Shown here: positions 34,588 to 41,404 of the stretch, piece after piece
Layout: every line of letters begins with the position of its first letter
Numbering within the stretch: the first letter of the stretch is position 1
From: Octopus sinensis
Lineage: Eukaryota
Direction: 5' to 3'
Assembly: GCF_006345805.1 (NCBI RefSeq)
Contig: NW_021824707.1
Coordinates: 1 to 41,404 of the forward strand
Length of the DNA: 41,404 nucleotides
The notes under the pieces: model-generated
Database searches by the model: none
Seen by the model: only the letters and a program-made list of their open reading frames with translations
What the model was told of the DNA's origin: nothing
Program-made: the position numbers and the translations under genes

Positions 34588-36161
34588 CTATGTTTGACTT
34601 TTTGACCTTTGCTTTATATTTGTACCGTTGGCTCCAAGTCTCACCCAGAGACCTCAAGAGACAACAGGTTGGAAGTTCACGTTGTTGTTATGCCTAGTGT
34701 GCCATATATTTGAGGTTTTTTTGGTGTTGTACTAGTGAATGTCCAAAAAAAAAAAAACGAAAATTGTGTTTGTTTTTAACCCTTAGATTACATAGAAAGT
34801 ATTTTGCGTAGGATATGAGCAGTTCCCATGAGAACTATCTTTTGAATTTCTGCCATTTTGGGGTTTCCTGGTATCTGAGTTAGGTAGCAATCAACCCCTT
34901 TCGCTATCATTCCCAGGGCACCTATGATAACAGGTATTGTTTTAGTCTTCAGGTTCCACATTTTGCTGATTTCTATTTCAAGATCTTTATATTTGCTCAG
35001 TTTTTGGTAGGTCTTGACAGATACGTTTATATCGATTGGGACAGTCATATCAATGAGGAGGCATGTTCTTTGTCTGAAGTCTTTCAATATGATGTCTGGC
35101 CTATTTGCATCTATCTTTCTGTCAGTTTGAGTGGTGAAGTTCCAGAGGAGTGAGGTTGTGGTCATTTTCAAGCACTGGAGGGTGGTTTGTGTTCCACCAG
35201 TTTTTTCATGGGGCAAATCCAGTTTTTGCCAAATTCCCAGTGAATATATGTGCAGCTCTACCATGCCTGTTGAGATACTGTGTAGGCGCTAGAAGACTGC
35301 ACCTGGAGACAACATGATCAATGGTTTCATTTTGTTGTTGACATACACGACATGTTGGGCTACTGCCGTTCTTTAATATGTTGGCCTGGTAGTTTCTTGT
35401 TGGTAGGCATTGATCTTGAGCTGCTATGATGAACCCTTCTGTTTCAGATTTTAAGCCAGAGGCCATTAGCCATTGATGGGTCAGGGCTTTGTCAACATCT
35501 GCATTATTCACTCTCTTTGAGTATTTGCCATTGAGAGGTTGTTCTTGCCATTTATCATTCAGAATATCTAAGGTCGCAGTTTTAGCACGGGTTTTCATGC
35601 GCTTAGCTTTTCCTGTGCTTGTTTCTTGTATGTCTAATTCCGAAATTTGTTGTATTCGGAATTCACTTTGCCTGTTTTGTTACTGAGTATGATGCTTTCT
35701 TGCTTTCATGTTTTGAGACAAGTTTTAACATCCAATCCTCAGAGTTTTTCAGGTAGGTGTCTAGGCCAATTGTAGCAATCTTCATTGTTATTGCCGGTTG
35801 TAAAAGTCCCGGCCTCCTTCTTTTCTTGGCAGATAAAGTCGTTCAGTATCTGCTTTAAGGTGGTGCATTCTATGCATTGTCAACAGTTTTCGTATTTTAT
35901 CTGTCAAGATTACATATTTTAGTAATTGACCAATTAACGATATTGAAACTGTAAGTCACGACTGGTATGGCTAAAGCATTGATCGCTTCGATCCTGTTTC
36001 TCGCATTCAGCTCTGTCTTGAGTATTGCTCTTACTCTGCGATAACATTCTCTCCTGATCCTTTCCTTCATCTCTGAATGCCTTATTCCGTCCCCTTCAAT
36101 TAGCCCTAGGTACTTGTAGCTCTCCGCTGGGTCTAATTCTTTTATGACATTCTGCTGGACA
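34588..36161 (-). mobile_element. 5'-truncated R4/Dong-like non-LTR retrotransposon (RT end, CCHC finger, RLE endonuclease, 3' UTR)
   Basis: ESYKYLG, AINALAIPVVTYSF, LYLPRKEGGR, ETEGFIIAAQDQ, CRVCQQQNETIDHVVSRC, YLNRH, NRPDII..D...IDMTVP...KLSKYKDL, IPVIIGALG. Stop at 34788, a few frameshifts, (TAA)n on both sides. Confidence 0.93.
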
Positions 36162-36287
<126 letters not shown>

Positions 36288-36290
36288 TAT

Positions 36291-36455
36291 GTGGCGAGCT
36301 GTCAGAATTGTTACCACGCCAGGCAAAATGCTCAACGGCATTTCGTCCGCCTTCACGTTCTTAGTTCAAATTCCGTCGCGGTCGATTTTGTCTCTCATTC
36401 TTTAGAGGCCGATAAAATATGTTCCAGTTAAGTACTAGGGTCAATGTAATCAACA
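36291..36455 (+). mobile_element. SINE family A, degenerate
   Basis: GTGGCGAGCTGTCAGAATTGTTA...AGTTCAAATTCCGTCGCGGTCGATTTTG. Confidence 0.8.
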
Positions 36456-36989
36456 CAGCCACACCTGAGCCTACTTTCATCACATTTCACTGTCTTCCAC
36501 TTCTTTCTCCCCGTCCTTTATCTAAATCCCTCCACATATTCCTCTCCGTTCTTGTAATGTCTCCCTTATCTAATCCCCTATGAGACTAACTGGCAGAATC
36601 ATTAGAGCATCAGACAAAATGCATTGCGGTTTGAGTTCAAGACTGGGCATTCTGAGACGATGATTAGTAAATACCATCGATCCATTATCTGACAGGGACT
36701 ATATTTAATCGATCCCTTGTATTTCTGTCTATATATACATTACTGTGTGTGTGTGTGTGTGTGTGGTGTGTGTGTGTGTGTGTACCTATAGAGCTATAGA
36801 AAGAAGAAACAAAACATCTAGACACAGACACATATAGATATATGTCTATGCTTGTGTGTGTGTGTGTGCATGCAAGTATGTATGCATGTATGTATTATGT
36901 GTGTTTCTTAACCTGTGAGTGTATGCGTGTGTGCGTGCGCGTCTGTGAAGAAGAACAGAGAAAGATAGAGGAGAAAAGAGGGTGAAGAA

Positions 36990-37024
36990 GATATATATAT
37001 ATATATGTATATATAGATATATGG

Positions 37025-37078
<54 letters not shown>

Positions 37079-37079
37079 T

Positions 37080-37134
<55 letters not shown>

Positions 37135-37197
37135 TGTATATATATATATATATATGTATAATATGTATTATATATATGTATATATATATATGTATAG

Positions 37198-37237
<40 letters not shown>

Positions 37238-37291
37238 ATATTATATATATATATATTTATATATATATATATATATATATAGTATATATGT

Positions 37292-37342
<51 letters not shown>

Positions 37343-37350
37343 ATTTATAT
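36990..37350. repeat. Degenerate (TA)n array
   Basis: Directly visible. Confidence 0.95.
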
Positions 37351-37789
37351 ACTACCTTTATATACTAAAGCACTATTATTCTGTGTTTCAAACCATAGAA
37401 TTTAATCAGTTCACACACAAGGGAGTGTAATATTTAGCAAATCATCGATAAACTCTGGACTAATTTAAGGTACTTATGATCATGCGGGAATTGCTGCAAG
37501 AGATGCAATTTATCGAACGGGTCACAGGTATATGTGAGTTGGTTCCTCATGACAACACTTGGGTTTAGCTTACGAATGTTTGGAGTTCAAGTTAATACAG
37601 GTGTCACCGAACCTTTGAGTTGTAGAAATAATTAATACAAATAGAATCGATGAAGACTTCCTGCAAATTTTGAAAATTGGTTTACGGTCAGGTATTCGGG
37701 TGATCAATGGTAGAATGAATTTCCAGGACTTGGGGAGGAGTTTGTTGAAGTGGCGACACTTCATGAAAAATTTAGATCTTGCATTTATG

Positions 37790-38130
37790 TAACTCACACA
37801 CATACATACATACATATATAATGCATACTTACATACAAACAAACATGCATATATACGTGCATACATACATAAATATTTACATACATAAATGAATTTACGC
37901 ATTACAAAATACATTGCCTTAACTATATATATACGTATATATATATATATATATATATATCTGCATGAATGTATGGATGTGTGTATGTATGTACGTATGT
38001 ACGTATCCATGTGTGAATAGAATACACATATGTATGTATGCTTATATATATATATAGATATACATACACATGTACATACATATATAGATATACAAACATA
38101 CATAAGTGCATATACATATGTATATAGTAA

Positions 38131-38180
<50 letters not shown>

Positions 38181-38364
38181 GTGTTTATATCAATACACAC
38201 TTATACAAATTTATACATGTAATTAAGCGTAAATGTTATCTATGAATAAATACGTGTATATTTTGCCTGTGCAACTAAATGCGTATACAAATACATACCT
38301 ATATGAGTGTGTGTGAGCATGTGTGTGTGTGTGTGCGTGTGTGTGTGTGTCTGCGTATATGTAT

Positions 38365-38438
<74 letters not shown>

Positions 38439-38960
38439 TATATATTAATTATATTATATTTATTACTTATATATATATATATCAACAAAATCTCACTAGA
38501 ATATGAAATATATATATATATATGTATTTTTTCAGATTTGTTTGCTTTTTTATATATATATCTATATTTTAAGTCGACTTTCGTTCCGGGAGTGGCATGC
38601 TTCAGGTAGTTGTCGCCATATTCTTCAATTTATATACGCTATACAGATAATTTCTCTACATAAATAGGACATTATTAAATAAAAGTGAAAAAAAAAAATG
38701 GGAAATATAGATAATGGAGATGGATAATCCATTGTTCGTATTGAGAGAAAAGTAGTTTTGGAATTTTCACTTGCGGATATATTGTATGGATGCGTTACAG
38801 ATCTCTGGCTGTCTGGCTGTCGCTTTCTCTTTATACACACGCACACACACACATGTATATATATATATATTGTATGTGTGTGTATATATATGTATTTATT
38901 TATATGTACATATGTTTTATATATATGTATATACATACGTGTATGTGTATATATATATAT

Positions 38961-38997
<37 letters not shown>

Positions 38998-39235
38998 CGC
39001 GCTCTCTCTCCCTCTCTATCTATCTATTTATATATATATATACGCATATATATATATATAGGTGCGTGCATGTGTGTGTGTGTATATATGTTTTTATTAT
39101 ATATATGTACATATGTTTTATGTTTATGTATATGCATACATGTGTGTATATATTTATACACACACACTCACACACACACATTTATATATACACACGCTCT
39201 CTCTCTCTCTCTTTCTTTCTCTCTCTCTTTCTCTT

Positions 39236-39284
<49 letters not shown>

Positions 39285-39324
39285 GTATATGTATATATAT
39301 GCATATACAGACACGCGCACACAC

Positions 39325-39364
<40 letters not shown>

Positions 39365-39365
39365 C
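37790..39365. repeat. Cluster of (TA)n, (CA)n, (CT)n and (TATG)n low-complexity tracts
   Basis: Directly visible, interspersed with short unique spacers. Confidence 0.85.
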
Positions 39366-39689
39366 ATATATATTTATAAATATGTTTAAATATGATAATG
39401 CCGATGTCATTTTAGTATTGGAATAATATGCAATACACTATATTTTTTTGATTTTTGCTTTTTATTTTTGGTCAGCTTGTTCCAACTTCCTCTCTCGATG
39501 CTATTTCGTTGAGAACATCTTTTGACACACAAACGAATACGTACAGACATTATTTTGTGTAACATTTCCTGTTGATGATCAGCTTACTAGCAAACAACAA
39601 AACATTTAGTGGTGGTACTCTACACATGTACTAGAGTAAAATCTATTGATCGTACTCGTTTCACTGAGACTTCAAATTTCGTACTTAAT

Positions 39690-39702
39690 GTCTACTACTA
39701 TA

Positions 39703-39751
<49 letters not shown>

Positions 39752-39887
39752 CTGCTGCTGTTGCTGCTGCTACTGCTGCTGCTACTACTACTACTACTAC
39801 TGCTGCTGCTGCTACTACTACTACTACTACTGCTGCTGTTACTAGTACTTCTACTACTGCTACAACTGTTGCTGCTGCCACTACCAT

Positions 39888-39930
<43 letters not shown>

Positions 39931-39983
39931 GCCGCTGCTACTGCTGTTACTACTACTACTACTGCTGCTGCTTTTGCTGCTAT

Positions 39984-40014
<31 letters not shown>

Positions 40015-40038
40015 GCTGCTGCTACTACTACTGCTGCA

Positions 40039-40086
<48 letters not shown>
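39690..40086. repeat. (ACT)n/(GCT)n trinucleotide array
   Basis: Directly visible; abuts the 3' end of the RTE element. Confidence 0.95.
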
Positions 40087-40088
<2 letters not shown>

Positions 40089-40622
40089 GTTCTATATAAA
40101 ACATAGATCATGGATGGCTTTTCCCCACTGTGCCAGACTCTGGGCTATCTTATACTGTTTCCCTTCAGTTCCTACTCCTTTAGCTCTGCCTGTGTATCCA
40201 GCCTCTGGCCATTTTTAGGGCGTCCTCTTTTTCCGCCTTCCGCGCGGGTTCCACGTCAGGGCCGGACGTTTTGCAATTTCGCTGCTTTTCCTGGCGGTCA
40301 GAAGTGTCGCCAGTTTTGCTGCTTACTTTCAGATTTTCCCGCACAAAGTCATAAGTTACCCTGAAGTGAGGACATTCCTCACCCAGGTCCCGTTGGTATT
40401 GAACTGTGATCGAGGCTTCTGTAACTTCGCTTTTTCTTTTTCTTGGTGTATGTGTTGACTCCACGCAAACCCATTTTTGCTTCTGTGAAGAAGTGGTCCA
40501 TAGTGGTCAGACCTCTTGTCTTTGACCTCTCCAGCATGGGTGACCCAACTAGGTGCTTGCACTCGGCTGACATATCTCGCAGGGTCATCAAAACACACAA
40601 GTCAACCTACTGCAACGAAGAC
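40087..40622 (-). mobile_element. Internally deleted RTE-clade retroelement
   Basis: Minus strand ALTWNPRGRRKK(G)RPKN...QAELKE...KIAQS.AQWGKAIHDLCF is the RTE C-terminal pattern. Upstream GGGTCACCCATGCTGGAGAGGTCAAAG resembles RTE 5' leaders. Ends in (AGT)n. Confidence 0.7.
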
Positions 40623-40899
40623 TGAACCTTGCTGTGGTTATTCCACAAATTTGCTGGAATAATCTGTTAAAGAAAGAATTTGAGATGCCCCAATAAATTT
40701 AATATAAATTTTATATGTCTTAGAAAATTTAATATAAATTTAATATAAATTTAATATGAATTTTATATGTCTTAGAAAAATGCCATAGATGAAGGATGAG
40801 AGAATATGTATACAGCCATCTGTTTATCAGTTTATTCATCTATCTACCTATCTACTTTATGAGAGTACATGTGTTTACTGTCACTTGACATTAAAAATA

Positions 40900-41350
40900 T
40901 ACAAATTTATTATAAATTACATACCTGAACGCAAACAATATTTGGGCGTCTTGGCTGTGACTAAGTCGTGAACTTTACAATAAAATTATATAAAGTATAA
41001 CGTTGTATATTTTATGAATGTCAAATCCCTTTCTCTCTTCTTCTCATCCTTCTATCTCTTTCTCTTTATATATGTAGTAGATACATAGTCGTAATAATGG
41101 AGTCAAGTCAAATTATTTAATATGCATGTTTCAGGTCGGAGTCATATGTAATAGGAAACGCGTCCATTACGTAAACCTTCTTCCGTTAAAGCATTTCAGT
41201 TATAACGACTCATGCGACTCGATGCTAATACAAACAAGCCGGCTTGGATTTCGCTTATACGGATACTCATCCAACGATTTAGAGTTGTTTGTTATATTTG
41301 ACTCGAGTGGAAAATTCTGGTATCGTGCACCGCTTCTTTGCGTAACAGGA
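40900..41350 (-). mobile_element. Possible very decayed Helitron Rep fragment
   Basis: Minus strand ...NFP...LDEYPYKR, then VSYY, MHIK and YIYK in different frames, loosely in the order of Helitron DGYPxYRR / VPYN / HIN / KYIYKG. Confidence 0.2.
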
Positions 41351-41404
41351 CGAGATATCGTAGATTCACACACACACACACACACACTCTAAACATATAC
41401 ATAT

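Noticed and set aside
34788-35598. Two ORFs as host genes or an active retrotransposon
   Set aside because: They are frameshifted pieces of one 5'-truncated LINE ORF that lacks most of the RT.
39646-40218. Thr/Ala-rich mucin-like or antifreeze-like ORF
   Set aside because: It is an (ACT/GCT)n array at the tail of an RTE remnant, open in several frames on both strands.
41153-41165. GAAACGCGTC, a typical hammerhead 3' half
   Set aside because: No upstream CTGANGA core or stem II.

Overview
AT-rich, microsatellite-dense eukaryotic DNA, either intergenic or intronic. I found no supportable host protein-coding exon; most ORFs in the track are translated simple repeats and most of the rest overlap decayed mobile elements. 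The repeat complement strongly resembles an Octopus (coleoid cephalopod) genome, which is an inference from recognising the repeat families. The window holds several tRNA-derived SINE families (some with TSDs, dimers and nested insertions) and three restriction-like-endonuclease (R4/Dong-like) LINE remnants, two of them in one (TAA)n array. It also holds an internally deleted RTE element, mariner and hAT derivatives, two decayed Penelope-like elements and a tRNA-Ala pseudogene. The most interesting signal is a short element present twice (about 12.8-13.0 kb and 27.7-28.1 kb) carrying a minimal type-I hammerhead ribozyme. In one copy it is joined to a tRNA-like Pol III head and has a Penelope-style inverted junction. 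Further hammerhead-like motifs occur in inverted repeats elsewhere in the window. Coordinates were read by eye and may be off by a few bases.
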